DNA from: Terriglobia bacterium
GTDB lineage: Bacteria; Acidobacteriota; Terriglobia; 20CM-2-55-15
NCBI GenBank assembly: GCA_965218585.1
Contig: CBDCLE010000023.1
Location: forward strand, 1 to 64,000
Reading direction: 5' to 3'
Length of the DNA: 64,000 nt
The translations under genes were made by a program, and so were the position numbers. The notes under the pieces are model-generated. The model was not told the DNA's origin, searched no databases, and saw nothing but the letters and a program-made list of their open reading frames with translations. Below are positions 42,805 through 52,373 of the stretch, one piece after another; the first letter of the stretch is position 1; each line of letters begins with the position of its first letter.

Positions 42805-43788
42805 AAGGCAAATATCCGTTCGGCGTTTGCACTGCGGACTACGTCCCGCGTTGCCGGATCCAGTTTGTCCACACGTGACAGGCATCCGGGCATGTCGCCG
42901 ATGTTGAAGGGATAGTCCGAGCCATACATCACGTGATCGGCGCCCCCGACTTCAACGCATAACTCGAGCGACTCCTGTCGATACGTGACAGCGTCGTAGT
43001 AGATGTGCCGCAGATACTCACTCGGGGGTCGATCGATCTTGACGCGCGCTCGCTTTGTTCTGTCGAAGACGCGTTCGAGGCGTCCCGCCAGGTAAGGTAG
43101 TGTCGCGCCGGCGTGAGCTGCGATCAGTTTCAGATTGGGATAGCGGTCGAAGAAACCGTCAAAAATCATGCGGGTTACGGCGACAGTCGTATCGACCATG
43201 AAACCGACCGAAGCCACCATCGCGAAATGCGACAGGCTGAGTCCATCGAGACCCGGAGGCGCCGTGGGATGGAGCAGGACCGGCAGGGCTCTGTCGTCGA
43301 TCGCCTGCCATACAGGCGCAAACAACTCATCGGTCAGGTGTCTGTTGTTGATGTTTCCCAACGTCAGGACGCCCACGGCTCCGTTGTCGCATGCTCTGGC
43401 CAACTCTCCCACAGCAGAGGCGGGATGTTCCCAGGGCAGACTGGCCATCCACCCGGATCCTTTCAGGATAGTTGCTCTGTTCTTGGGCGAACTCGTCATT
43501 CGCCGCGCGGGCAGCTTCGAGACTCTGCTCCCCGTTGCCCCAGAAGACACTCGGTGCGGGCAGCGTCAGGATCGCAATATCGACACCAGCCGCGTCCATA
43601 TTTTTGATGCGCTCTTCGTAATCGAAATGCGGTGGTTCCAGGACACAGAAGCTCGCACCCCGGTTGAAGATTGTCTCGGGACTGTCGAGGCTCTCCCTGA
43701 CTTCCAGGTCCGGCCCCCCATGTTGACGCAAAAGGGCCAACCACTTCTTCGTGAACATGTGAGTGTGGACATCTATAACCCGATGCAT
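42801..43788 (-). CDS. Amidohydrolase_2 family (ACMSD/decarboxylase-like), frameshift near 43455
   Basis: IDVHTH, LLHP, AHAGATLPY, YYD, YGSDYPF; stop overlaps the SNF start (ATGA). Confidence 0.85.
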
Positions 43789-43888
43789 AGCATTCCCTCT
43801 GAGTCGTGACCTAGGACCCACGCATAGTAAAACAGAATTCGTGGACGGAGACCGAATTCTCTCTTCAAACTCGTTAGAATCAAAGCGC

Positions 43889-43928
43889 GGCCCTTTAGCT
43901 CAGGTGGATAGAGCAGCGGTTTAACTGC
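43889..43928 (+). pseudogene. 5' half of a tRNA (Arg-CCT-like), truncated at the anticodon loop
   Basis: GGCCCTT-TA-GCTCAGGTGGATAGAGC-A-GCGGTTT gives acceptor 5' strand, D arm and anticodon 5' stem; no T arm or 3' half follows; TAGAAT at 43875 upstream. Confidence 0.65.
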
Positions 43929-44033
43929 TGCAACTCTCCTAAAGATTCTCCGAAACAGAGCCTCAACAGGGCCTATGAAGGAGCGCCCATCCTCTTTAGC
44001 TAGGACATAGCCCAGGCGATTCTTCTACTCTTC

Positions 44034-44078
44034 TTGACAAAATTCCGTCTATTTTGTACAATTTGTTCATGTCGTACA
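44034..44078 (+). promoter_or_regulatory. Sigma70 promoter of the RelE/Phd locus with TGTACA-type operator
   Basis: TTGACA (44034)-17 bp-TACAAT (44057); ATG at 44069; TGTACA, TGTTCA and CGTACA repeats overlap the -10 and start. Confidence 0.75.
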
Positions 44079-44329
44079 CAGTACGCATCGACCGGGCAGC
44101 GGAAAAGGAAATCAGAAATCTGGACACTAAGATTCGGAAACGGATTCTGGCTGCGCTGCACGACCTAGAAGCGGACCCGTTTAGAAGGGGCGTTAAAAAG
44201 TTGAAGGACGCAAGCGATCCCTACCGCTATCGGGTTGGTTCTTATCGCATTCTCTTCACAATTAAAGGGAAACAACTGGTCGTTCGGGTTGTTGGGGTCC
44301 GGCACCGCAGCAAAGCCTACCACGGCTGA
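44069..44329 (+). CDS. relE: RelE/ParE family toxin
   Basis: Y.V.I...AEKEI..L, KKL, YRYRVGSYRILF.I, VGVRHRSKAY. Confidence 0.9.
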   Translation: MSYTVRIDRAAEKEIRNLDTKIRKRILAALHDLEADPFRRGVKKLKDASDPYRYRVGSYRILFTIKGKQLVVRVVGVRHRSKAYHG

Positions 44330-44383
44330 AGCTGTGCGGTGCATGACTCCCGGTGCTGGTGTGGCGGTTAAAGGAGAATCAAT

Positions 44384-44653
44384 ATGGCTGCATCCAACCA
44401 ACCTACAAGGATTAGTACATCCACGGCTCGTGGAAAACTGGCACTGGTCTTGGACATGGTTCGAACTGAAGATGAACGAATTGTCCTGACTCATCACGGG
44501 CGCGACGTTGCCGCGCTTATACCCGTAGAAGATCTCGAACTACTGGAAGAATTGGAAGATCGATCAGATGCGGCAGAGATCCGCCGACGCCTGAAGATTT
44601 CCAGCGAAACAATCACACTGAAACAGCTAGAGCGGAGCTTGACGCCGAAATAG
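44384..44653 (+). CDS. Phd/YefM family antitoxin
   Basis: ISTSTARGKL..VLD, ERIVLTHHGRDVAALIPVEDLE; AAGGAG RBS. Confidence 0.9.
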   Translation: MAASNQPTRISTSTARGKLALVLDMVRTEDERIVLTHHGRDVAALIPVEDLELLEELEDRSDAAEIRRRLKISSETITLKQLERSLTPK

Positions 44654-44830
44654 AGAAAAGCCGAAAAAATAGCAGCAAAATGAAAAGGACGACGGGAGGG
44701 GACTTACATACTCCCCCAGCTTGCCGACACTCTAAATCACCACCAATATAGCGATTAGTGTATTAATATGTGCTGATAATCCGATTCCTTTCATGGCGAC
44801 GAATCAGAAAACGAAATAATCAGCGCTGAG

Positions 44831-47464
44831 GTGAAAAGAACCATGACGACCAACTTCTATCGCATCTCGATCTCTCTGAGCATTTTGCTATTGCTCGGTG
44901 CGTCCAGCTTCGAAGCATTCGGCCAACAGAGGGTTCCAAGCCCAGAGGAATATCTAGGCTTCGAGGTCGGTGCAGACCGGAAGCTTGCCCGATGGGATCA
45001 GATCCTGGGTTATATCGGGCAGGTGGATGAGGCGTTTGACCGGGTGGGGATGGAGGTTGTCGGCGAAACGACCTCGGGCAATCCGTTCGTCGTCGTCGTG
45101 GTCTCCTCACCAGAGAACATGCGCCAGTTGGAGCGGTATGAAGACATCGCCGCGCAACTTGCCAGCGGAAGACTCGAAGCTGACGATGCACGGGACCTGG
45201 CCGCCAGCGGCAAGGTCATCGTCTTTCTCAACCATAATGTTCATTCCACGGAGATCGCGTCGTCCCAGACGACTTTGCGGCTTCTTCATTTCCTTTCTAC
45301 GGACACGTCAGAAGAAGTCCGGGAGATCCTGGATAAAGTGATTCTGGTCCACCTCCCGTCCGGAAACCCGGACGGTCAGATCATGGCTGTCGACTGGTAC
45401 AGGCAGAACGTGGGTACAGAGTACGAACAATCCCCGATGCCATGGCTCTACCATCCGTATATCGGCCACGACAACAATCGAGACTTCTTCATGGGCAACG
45501 TCGTGGAGTCGGCTCTGATGATGCAGCTCGTTTACAAGGACTGGCATCCGCAGATCTACCTGGATCAGCACCAGATGGGGGCCTTTGGAGCTCGCATGTT
45601 CGTTCCGCCGTTTCCCGACCCGCCGAACGAGCACGTTGATCCCTTGATCTGGCAGCAGATCAAGTTTCTCGGTGGGGGAATTGCAACCGACCTTCAGGTG
45701 GCTGGAAAGCAGGGCGTCCTGACCAACGCCATGTACCGGATCTACCACCAGGGAGGCCCGTTATCGGTCTGGTGGCACAACATCGTCGGCCTGCTCACTG
45801 AAACCGCAAGCGCGTCCATGGCGACACCGCTGACGCTTGATCGGGAAGACCTCAGACCCACACGACCCGACCAGGGGCTTCCTGTCTACGAGACGGCCAA
45901 GAATTTTCCGGATCCGTGGTACGGGGGGGAATGGCATCTCAGTGACATTGTCGACCATCAGTTCATTGCTGCAATGTCCGTACTCAAACAGGCAGCGCGC
46001 TACAAGAGTGAGTTCCTGTTCAACAATTATCTGATGGCCCAGAGGGCAATAGAGGCGGCCGAGGTCGAAGGCCCGTTTGCCTACGTTGTTCCGGCCGGAC
46101 AAAAGGACGGGCCCACGGCAGACGAAATGATCGAGAGATTGATGTTGCAGGGCATCGAAGTTCATCGGGCGGATAGCAACGTTCAGGTCGGGGGAGAAAC
46201 GTATCTCGAAGGTTCTTTCTTCTTATTGGCGGCTCAACCGGCTCGGTCTGCCCTGGTCGATCTTTTCGAAAGTCAGGACTATCCGGATGTCCGTCTGTAT
46301 CCGGAAGGACCACCAATCTTGCCGTATGACGTCACCGGCTACACTCTTCCCATGCAGATGGGAGTCACGTATGCGGCGATCGAGGCCGGATTCGATGTTT
46401 CTAATCTGAGATTGATCAGCAGCGTCGAAAACGACACCGTGGCTCCGGTTCCGGCAGCCACAGAGACTTTCGTCCTGAATCATGAGATCAACAAGACGGC
46501 CGTTCTGGTCAACCGGCTTCTCGCCAGGGACGTTCCGGTCTACCGCGTGCCTCAGGCAATAGATTTCAACGGTACGCCCATTTCCTCAGGTGCCTTCGCG
46601 GTTCCCGCATCAGCCCAGGTCCGAACTACACTCATGGATTTGAACGCCGATCTTTCGCTGCCGATCGGGGCCGATCCCAGCGACTTCGATGTCAACGATT
46701 CCGGATTGCCACTCAACGAGCCACGAGTAGGCCTTTACAGGTCGTGGGTCCCTTCGATCGACGAGGGTTGGACCCGGTGGATTCTTGAAGAGTTCGATTT
46801 TGCTTACGTTGGATTGCAGAACGAGGCGGTCCGCAACGGAAATCTCAGGGATGACTATGACGTGATTATCCTGCCGGCTCAACTCTCACTCCGGCAACTG
46901 GTGGAGGGCCGTCGGCCTGGAGAGATACCCGAACCTTACGTCGGCGGGATAGGCGAGGAAGGAATAGAAAACCTCAAACGATTCGTAGTGGACGGTGGAA
47001 CCTTGATCGCCCTTGACTCGGGAGGTGAGGTTGTCCTGGAACATTTTGACGTTCCTCTGACCGATGCGCTCGACGACGTATCGACAGATCAGTTCTATTG
47101 TCCCGGTTGTATCGTCCGGCTGGGGATCGACACGGACCACCCGATCGGGTTCGGCCTCGAACCCGAAGTTGCCGCGAAGTTTGCCAACAGTCCTGGATAC
47201 GTCGTTGATACCGAATCGAGCAATGACGTCCGCGTTCTGGCCAGCTACCCGTCAGACGGTCCGTTGTTGATGAGCGGCCTGATCATCGGGGAGGAAGTCC
47301 TGCAGGATAAAGCAGCGGTCGTTCAAATAGGATACGGCAGCGGATCAATCATCATGCTCGGCTTTCGGGTCCAGCACCGTGGCCAGACACACGGGACCTA
47401 TAAGCTCCTTTTCAACTCCATATACGACGGCGGCAGCAGTAGCCTTGCTCTGGAGTCCGATTGA
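44831..47464 (+). CDS. Secreted M14 zinc carboxypeptidase family protein with C-terminal GAT-like domain
   Basis: PEEYLGF.VG, HNVHSTE (HxxE), NPDG, HDNNRD, DQHQM, YDVTG.TLP, DEGWTRW. Confidence 0.87.
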   Translation: MKRTMTTNFYRISISLSILLLLGASSFEAFGQQRVPSPEEYLGFEVGADRKLARWDQILGYIGQVDEAFDRVGMEVVGETTSGNPFVVVVVSSPENMRQLERYEDIAAQLASGRLEADDARDLAASGKVIVFLNHNVHSTEIASSQTTLRLLHFLSTDTSEEVREILDKVILVHLPSGNPDGQIMAVDWYRQNVGTEYEQSPMPWLYHPYIGHDNNRDFFMGNVVESALMMQLVYKDWHPQIYLDQHQMGAFGARMFVPPFPDPPNEHVDPLIWQQIKFLGGGIATDLQVAGKQGVLTNAMYRIYHQGGPLSVWWHNIVGLLTETASASMATPLTLDREDLRPTRPDQGLPVYETAKNFPDPWYGGEWHLSDIVDHQFIAAMSVLKQAARYKSEFLFNNYLMAQRAIEAAEVEGPFAYVVPAGQKDGPTADEMIERLMLQGIEVHRADSNVQVGGETYLEGSFFLLAAQPARSALVDLFESQDYPDVRLYPEGPPILPYDVTGYTLPMQMGVTYAAIEAGFDVSNLRLISSVENDTVAPVPAATETFVLNHEINKTAVLVNRLLARDVPVYRVPQAIDFNGTPISSGAFAVPASAQVRTTLMDLNADLSLPIGADPSDFDVNDSGLPLNEPRVGLYRSWVPSIDEGWTRWILEEFDFAYVGLQNEAVRNGNLRDDYDVIILPAQLSLRQLVEGRRPGEIPEPYVGGIGEEGIENLKRFVVDGGTLIALDSGGEVVLEHFDVPLTDALDDVSTDQFYCPGCIVRLGIDTDHPIGFGLEPEVAAKFANSPGYVVDTESSNDVRVLASYPSDGPLLMSGLIIGEEVLQDKAAVVQIGYGSGSIIMLGFRVQHRGQTHGTYKLLFNSIYDGGSSSLALESD

Positions 47465-47619
47465 CAGGTCGCCGTTAGAAGAGCACGATACGCGACCGGT
47501 GTCAGCATTAACGATCAGAAACCACTCCCAGTGCCGGTCACCTGACGACCACAACTGCGGGTTCGATAACATCCCCGACGCCATCTCGGTGGTGCGAAGT
47601 TCGTTATACTATTTCGGCT

Positions 47620-48735
47620 ATGGAAGTTGCTGGTCCCACAAACAGGGAGGCCTCCCCAGCCCAGGTAGAAGCAGCTCGCAATGCGCTCGATGACTGGGTC
47701 CGTGAAGTCGTTGACTGGCACTTTGATCCGGCAACCGGGTCTCCATTCTGGCTTGAGCGCGCGAAGGAACTCGGCTGGGACCCCCGCCGGGAAATCCTGA
47801 GCTTCAGCGATCTCGGCCGCTTCGGGCCGTTCGAAGACGAGTGGTTGCGCGGCGGTCCCGTCGAGCGATGGGTACCCAGTGGTCTCGCGGATAAGGCCGT
47901 ATTCGTATTCGAAACAGGCGGTACCACAGGCATTCCGAAGACACGCATCAACTGCGAAGACTTCAGGACGGACTACGAGGTGTTCAGCGACACGCTTCCC
48001 GAAGAGTATTTCCCGAAGGGAGCAAACTGGCTCATGGTCGGACCTTCCGGTCCCCGTCGGCTGCGCCTGGCTGTAGAACACCTTGCCCAGTACCGCGGCG
48101 GCATCTGCTTCCTGGTGGATCTGGATCCCCGCTGGGTCATCAAGCTCATCAAGAAAGGATGGACCGAACACCTGGAGGCCTACAAGAACCACGTGATCGA
48201 TCAGGCTGTAACGATCCTCCAGGCCAACCACGACATTCACTGCCTGTTTGCAACGCCGAAACTACTTGAAGCCCTGGCCTTGCGCCTGGAATCGATGGAC
48301 ACGACGATTCACAAGGAAGGCATCACAGGTGTGTTCTCCGGAGGCACCGAGTTCACACCCCAGTGGAATCGTTTTGCGCACGAAGAATTGCTCGACGGAG
48401 CATACATGACCCCGACATACGGCAACACCTTGATGGGCCTTGCCCCAAGTGCTCCCAGCGGTCCAGCGAACGCCTACAAGATCTCTTACTACGCACCACA
48501 ACCGCGCGGAGTCATTGAAGTCATCGATCCCGATGATCCGGACCGTGTCGTCGGATACGGCGAAACCGGCCGAATCAAGGTCACCACCCTGACAAAGGAA
48601 TTCTTCATGCCGGGCTTCCTCGAACGCGATGAAGGTGAACGGGAACCGCCGTCGGATCTCTACCCATGGGATGGAGTGAGCGGTGTGCGGCCTTTCGGTA
48701 AACTGCCTACGGCGACCACCGTAGGCGTGTACTAG
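47620..48735 (+). CDS. EhpF-like adenylate-forming enzyme (PaaK/LuxE-like superfamily)
   Basis: WHF.PATGSPFW, FETGGTTGIPK, GPSGP, DLDPRWV, FSGGTE, YGNT, ERD and terminal GVY match the EhpF motif order as I recall it. Confidence 0.8.
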   Translation: MEVAGPTNREASPAQVEAARNALDDWVREVVDWHFDPATGSPFWLERAKELGWDPRREILSFSDLGRFGPFEDEWLRGGPVERWVPSGLADKAVFVFETGGTTGIPKTRINCEDFRTDYEVFSDTLPEEYFPKGANWLMVGPSGPRRLRLAVEHLAQYRGGICFLVDLDPRWVIKLIKKGWTEHLEAYKNHVIDQAVTILQANHDIHCLFATPKLLEALALRLESMDTTIHKEGITGVFSGGTEFTPQWNRFAHEELLDGAYMTPTYGNTLMGLAPSAPSGPANAYKISYYAPQPRGVIEVIDPDDPDRVVGYGETGRIKVTTLTKEFFMPGFLERDEGEREPPSDLYPWDGVSGVRPFGKLPTATTVGVY

Positions 48736-48743
48736 TTTATAAA

Positions 48744-50174
48744 ATGATTACCCTTCCCGTCCTGCGCTGGGGTCAACCCTACGACAGCCTCGATATAGAC
48801 GAAGTCGTCCATTTCTCGACGGGTGAGCCGGTCGCAAGGATCGGGCGCGCCAACAGCGGACTGATCCAGCGGGACATGCGCCGCGCCCAACGGGCCCGGG
48901 ACGCCCTCAGGACCATCCCGGTCGGCGAACTGCTCGAAAGGTTCCAGCGTGCGGGCGAGATTTACATGACCGGCACGGTTCCAATGGGTGACGGAGGGCA
49001 GACCCCTGAACAGTTTGTGACAGCCCAGTCGGCCAGCACCGGTCTGCCCGAAAACATGTGCCGGGCAAACATGGACAAGAACCGTTTCGTCCTGAACGAA
49101 ATGGGAAACATCCTCGCTTCGTTGACACGGGGATTAGACCTGGAGATCCTGAACCGGGGTTTCGGCGAGGAGCATGAGGTCCCGATAAGCTATCAGGCTC
49201 AGAGTCCGGTCCTCGGCGTCGTACTGCCGTCTAATTCTCCCGGTGTACACACCCTGTGGCTGCCGATGCTCGCGTTGCAGATCGGCCTCGTCCTCAAGCC
49301 CGGACCGCAGGAACCCTGGACGCCATACCGAATGGCCAACGCTTTCTTCGAAGCGGGCATTCCAAGGGAAGCGATTTCAGTGTATCCGGGCGAAGCCGAC
49401 GTCGGTGCGGCCGTACTCGCAGCCTGCCCCCGCAGCATGATCTTTGGTGATGAGACGACCGTGGACCGTTATCGGGGTGATCCGCGGGTCCAACCGCACG
49501 GACCGGGCTTCTCGAAGATTATCTTCGGTGACGACCAGGTGGACGATTGGGAAAAACACCTGGACCTGATGGTGGAAAGTGTTGCTGTCAACAGCGGACG
49601 TAGCTGTATCAATACCTCGGGGATATGGGTGAGTCGACACGCCGGAGAAATCGCCAATGCCCTGGCCAGAAGACTCGCCGAGATACAACCCCTTCCGCCC
49701 CAGGATCCGGAGGCCGGATTGGCGGCGTTCACGGTGCCCGGCGTAGCCGAAGCCATTTCGCAATCGATCGATGTCGATGTCCAGGCACCCGGGGTTCGGG
49801 ACGTCTCTTCCGAGTATCGTGAAGGGAGTCGCGTCGTAGACGCCGGACTCGCCGACTATCTGCTGCCAACCGTGATCCACTCCGAGTCACCGGACACCAG
49901 CATTGCGAGAAAGGAATACATGTTCCCTTTTGTCAGCGTCGTCGAGTGTTCCGAAGCTGACATGATTCGGGCCATCGGACCCACGTTGGTTTGCAGCGCG
50001 ATCACCTGTAACGAAGATTTCCGCAGACAACTCGTGGATGCGGTAAACATCGACCGGCTGAACCTCGGCCCGGTGCCGACGACCAAGCTCAACTGGCTGC
50101 AACCCCACGAAGGGAACATCGTCGATTTCCTATTTCGCGCACGGGCATTCCAGAACGCGCCGTTCACGGGTTGA
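48744..50174 (+). CDS. ALDH-fold protein, EhpG/LuxC-like acyl reductase
   Basis: LPSNSP (oxyanion Asn), LKPG..EP, NSGRSCIN (catalytic Cys), EYMFP; HGPGFSK replaces ELGG. Confidence 0.8.
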   Translation: MITLPVLRWGQPYDSLDIDEVVHFSTGEPVARIGRANSGLIQRDMRRAQRARDALRTIPVGELLERFQRAGEIYMTGTVPMGDGGQTPEQFVTAQSASTGLPENMCRANMDKNRFVLNEMGNILASLTRGLDLEILNRGFGEEHEVPISYQAQSPVLGVVLPSNSPGVHTLWLPMLALQIGLVLKPGPQEPWTPYRMANAFFEAGIPREAISVYPGEADVGAAVLAACPRSMIFGDETTVDRYRGDPRVQPHGPGFSKIIFGDDQVDDWEKHLDLMVESVAVNSGRSCINTSGIWVSRHAGEIANALARRLAEIQPLPPQDPEAGLAAFTVPGVAEAISQSIDVDVQAPGVRDVSSEYREGSRVVDAGLADYLLPTVIHSESPDTSIARKEYMFPFVSVVECSEADMIRAIGPTLVCSAITCNEDFRRQLVDAVNIDRLNLGPVPTTKLNWLQPHEGNIVDFLFRARAFQNAPFTG

Positions 50175-50197
50175 CGTGAGTCCTAATTTGCACGACG

Positions 50198-50276
50198 GAA
50201 GATTTCGCTCCCTCGTTCATTCAGACATCCTGTCTGAACGAGGGGCGACCCTCTCCATCATCCTGATGGAGAGGCC
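50198..50276 (-). repeat. Double-hairpin AGGAT-loop repeat, copy D
   Basis: Minus strand GGCCTCTCCATC-AGGAT-GATGGAGAGGGTCGCCCCTCGTTCAGAC-AGGAT-GTCTGAATGAACGAGGGAGCGAAATCTTC. Confidence 0.88.
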
Positions 50277-50316
50277 TATCGGGATCGAGGGAACATTAAC
50301 TTAAGGCCTAGAGCCC

Positions 50317-51648
50317 ATGAAGGTCTTGTCGATCACAGCCGGCGCGGCGGGAATGTACTGCGGGAGTTGTGCCCGCGATAACGCTCTGGCGCGAGAACTC
50401 TTGTCCCTCGGGCACGACTGCACTCTCATACCCGTCTACACGCCCACACGGACAGACGAACCGAACGCAAGCCGCAACCGAGTCCTGTTCGGCGGCATCA
50501 GCGTCTATCTTCAGCAGTATGCCCCTCTCTTCCGTAAGACCCCACGACTTCTGGACCGGATGTGGGATTCGCCATGGGTGATCAACCGCTTCAGAGGACG
50601 TGCGGTGTCGAACGACCCGCAGTTATTGGGAGACCTCACGATCTCCATGCTCGAAGGCGAACAGGGCGTCTTAAGTAAGGAATTCGACAAACTTGTGGAT
50701 TGGATCAGCCACCAGCCCAGACCCGATATCATCAACCTGCCCAACTCGCTGTTGATCGCGCTCGCGGCACCGCTGAAAGAAACGTTCGATTTACCTGTGT
50801 GCTGCACCTTGCAGGGAGAAGAGCTCTTCATCGACGGATTGCTGGCGCCCTACCGCGACGAGGCTCTGCGGCTGATCCGAGGGCAGGTCTCCACTGTGGA
50901 TCGTTTTATCGCCGTCAGCGAATACTGTCAGCGCTTCATGACAGAGTATCTCCAGATACCTCTCGAGCGTATTGGCGTTGTGCCTCTGGGTATCAACCTG
51001 ACCGGTTATCCTGACAGCCCGGTCTCCACAGACGATGACGGCGAATTCCGTGTGGGATATTTCGCCCGCATTGCGCCGGAAAAAGGTCTGGACGCGTTGG
51101 CCGACGCCTATGTCCGGTTCCGCAAACGGAGCGGGAGTGCTTTGGTGCGATTGTGTGTCGCGGGCTACACGGCTCCGGCTCACGCTGATTACTTGAACCA
51201 GGTCCGCAACATGCTGACCGAAGCCGGTTATGGTGATGAGTTCTCCTATCAAGGCGTTGTGGACCGGGAGGGAAAGCTGCGGTTTCTCCAGGAACTCGAT
51301 ATCCTTTCGGTGCCGGCAACCTACGATGAACCGAAGGGCATGTTCCTGCTCGAAGCCATGGCGAATGGCGTTCCAGTCGTTCAACCCCGTCGCGGCGCCT
51401 TTACTGAGATCGTCGAAAAAACCGGCGGCGGCCTGTTGGTTGAACCCGACAGTGCGGAAAGTCTGGCTGAAGGCCTGTACCAGCTATGGAAGGATCGTCA
51501 ACAGAGGTCCGAATTGGGAAAGTCCGGCCTGGAGGGCGTGCATGAACACTATTCGGTCCGACACTCCGCGGACCGGTTGCTGGAAATTTACGATGATGTT
51601 CTGAACGCACGGTCTGAGGGAACTATCCCGGTCGGTGCCAGCGTTTGA
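50317..51648 (+). CDS. Glycosyltransferase family 4 (GT-B) with an N-terminal CxxC motif
   Basis: FIAVSEY, VPLGIN, RIAPEKG, EPKGMFLLEAMANGVPVV; N-terminus GMYCGSCARDN. Confidence 0.88.
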   Translation: MKVLSITAGAAGMYCGSCARDNALARELLSLGHDCTLIPVYTPTRTDEPNASRNRVLFGGISVYLQQYAPLFRKTPRLLDRMWDSPWVINRFRGRAVSNDPQLLGDLTISMLEGEQGVLSKEFDKLVDWISHQPRPDIINLPNSLLIALAAPLKETFDLPVCCTLQGEELFIDGLLAPYRDEALRLIRGQVSTVDRFIAVSEYCQRFMTEYLQIPLERIGVVPLGINLTGYPDSPVSTDDDGEFRVGYFARIAPEKGLDALADAYVRFRKRSGSALVRLCVAGYTAPAHADYLNQVRNMLTEAGYGDEFSYQGVVDREGKLRFLQELDILSVPATYDEPKGMFLLEAMANGVPVVQPRRGAFTEIVEKTGGGLLVEPDSAESLAEGLYQLWKDRQQRSELGKSGLEGVHEHYSVRHSADRLLEIYDDVLNARSEGTIPVGASV

Positions 51649-52358
51649 GTGCAGAGGACTCATTGCTCGAAGTCTCACATCTCAGCAAGGAATACCCGAC
51701 GCCCCGAGGACCACTCGAAGTCCTGTCGGACGTCAACCTGTCGCTCGCTCCGGGGGAGGCTGCGGCGATCATGGGTCCGTCCGGCAGCGGGAAGAGCTCG
51801 CTGCTTTACGTCCTGGGAGGTCTGGAGCCACCATCGTCTGGAAGCGTAAAGCTCGAGGGAAACGACCTGTTTGGAATGAAGCCTTCCCAGCAGGCCAGGT
51901 TCCGGAACACGCAGATCGGCTTCATCTTCCAGGATCACTGTCTGCTCCCCCAATGTTCGGTCCTGGAAAACGTGCTCCTGCCAACGCTGGTAAGGCATGG
52001 GAACGACATAAACGAAGATAGGGAACGGAAGAATTTCGCCGAAGACGCGCGCTTGCTCGTCGAACAGGTGGGACTTGGCGATCGTATCGACCACCGGCCG
52101 GCGGAGTTATCGGGAGGGGAAAGACAGCGAGTGGCCATCGCCCGCGCATTGATTCGCAGCCCCCGTCTCATTCTGTGCGATGAACCCACCGGGAACCTGG
52201 ACGAAACGACTGCGGACACCGTCGCATCGCTTTTGCTGGAACTCCATCGTGTTCAGAAAAACATCCTGATCGCCGTCACACACAGCGCACATCTCGCGGC
52301 ACGGTTTCCGATTCGTTTTGAGCTTGCACAGCGGCGACTCGGTCGGGTTGAATCATAG
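51645..52358 (+). CDS. ABC transporter ATP-binding protein (LolD/MacB type)
   Basis: [40 protein letters not shown]. Confidence 0.95.
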   Translation: MSAEDSLLEVSHLSKEYPTPRGPLEVLSDVNLSLAPGEAAAIMGPSGSGKSSLLYVLGGLEPPSSGSVKLEGNDLFGMKPSQQARFRNTQIGFIFQDHCLLPQCSVLENVLLPTLVRHGNDINEDRERKNFAEDARLLVEQVGLGDRIDHRPAELSGGERQRVAIARALIRSPRLILCDEPTGNLDETTADTVASLLLELHRVQKNILIAVTHSAHLAARFPIRFELAQRRLGRVES

Positions 52359-52373
52359 ATGACGAGTTAAACA

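Noticed and set aside
43834-43860. Inverted repeat AGAATTCG...CGAATTCT (also hairpins at 37261-37297 and 61823-61852)
   Set aside because: Single copies with short stems and no convincing U tract; no function can be assigned
47620-50174. Phenazine cluster or lux bioluminescence operon
   Set aside because: No phzA/B/D/E/F/G or luxAB/D in the window; the only LLM gene is 28 kb away and looks F420-type
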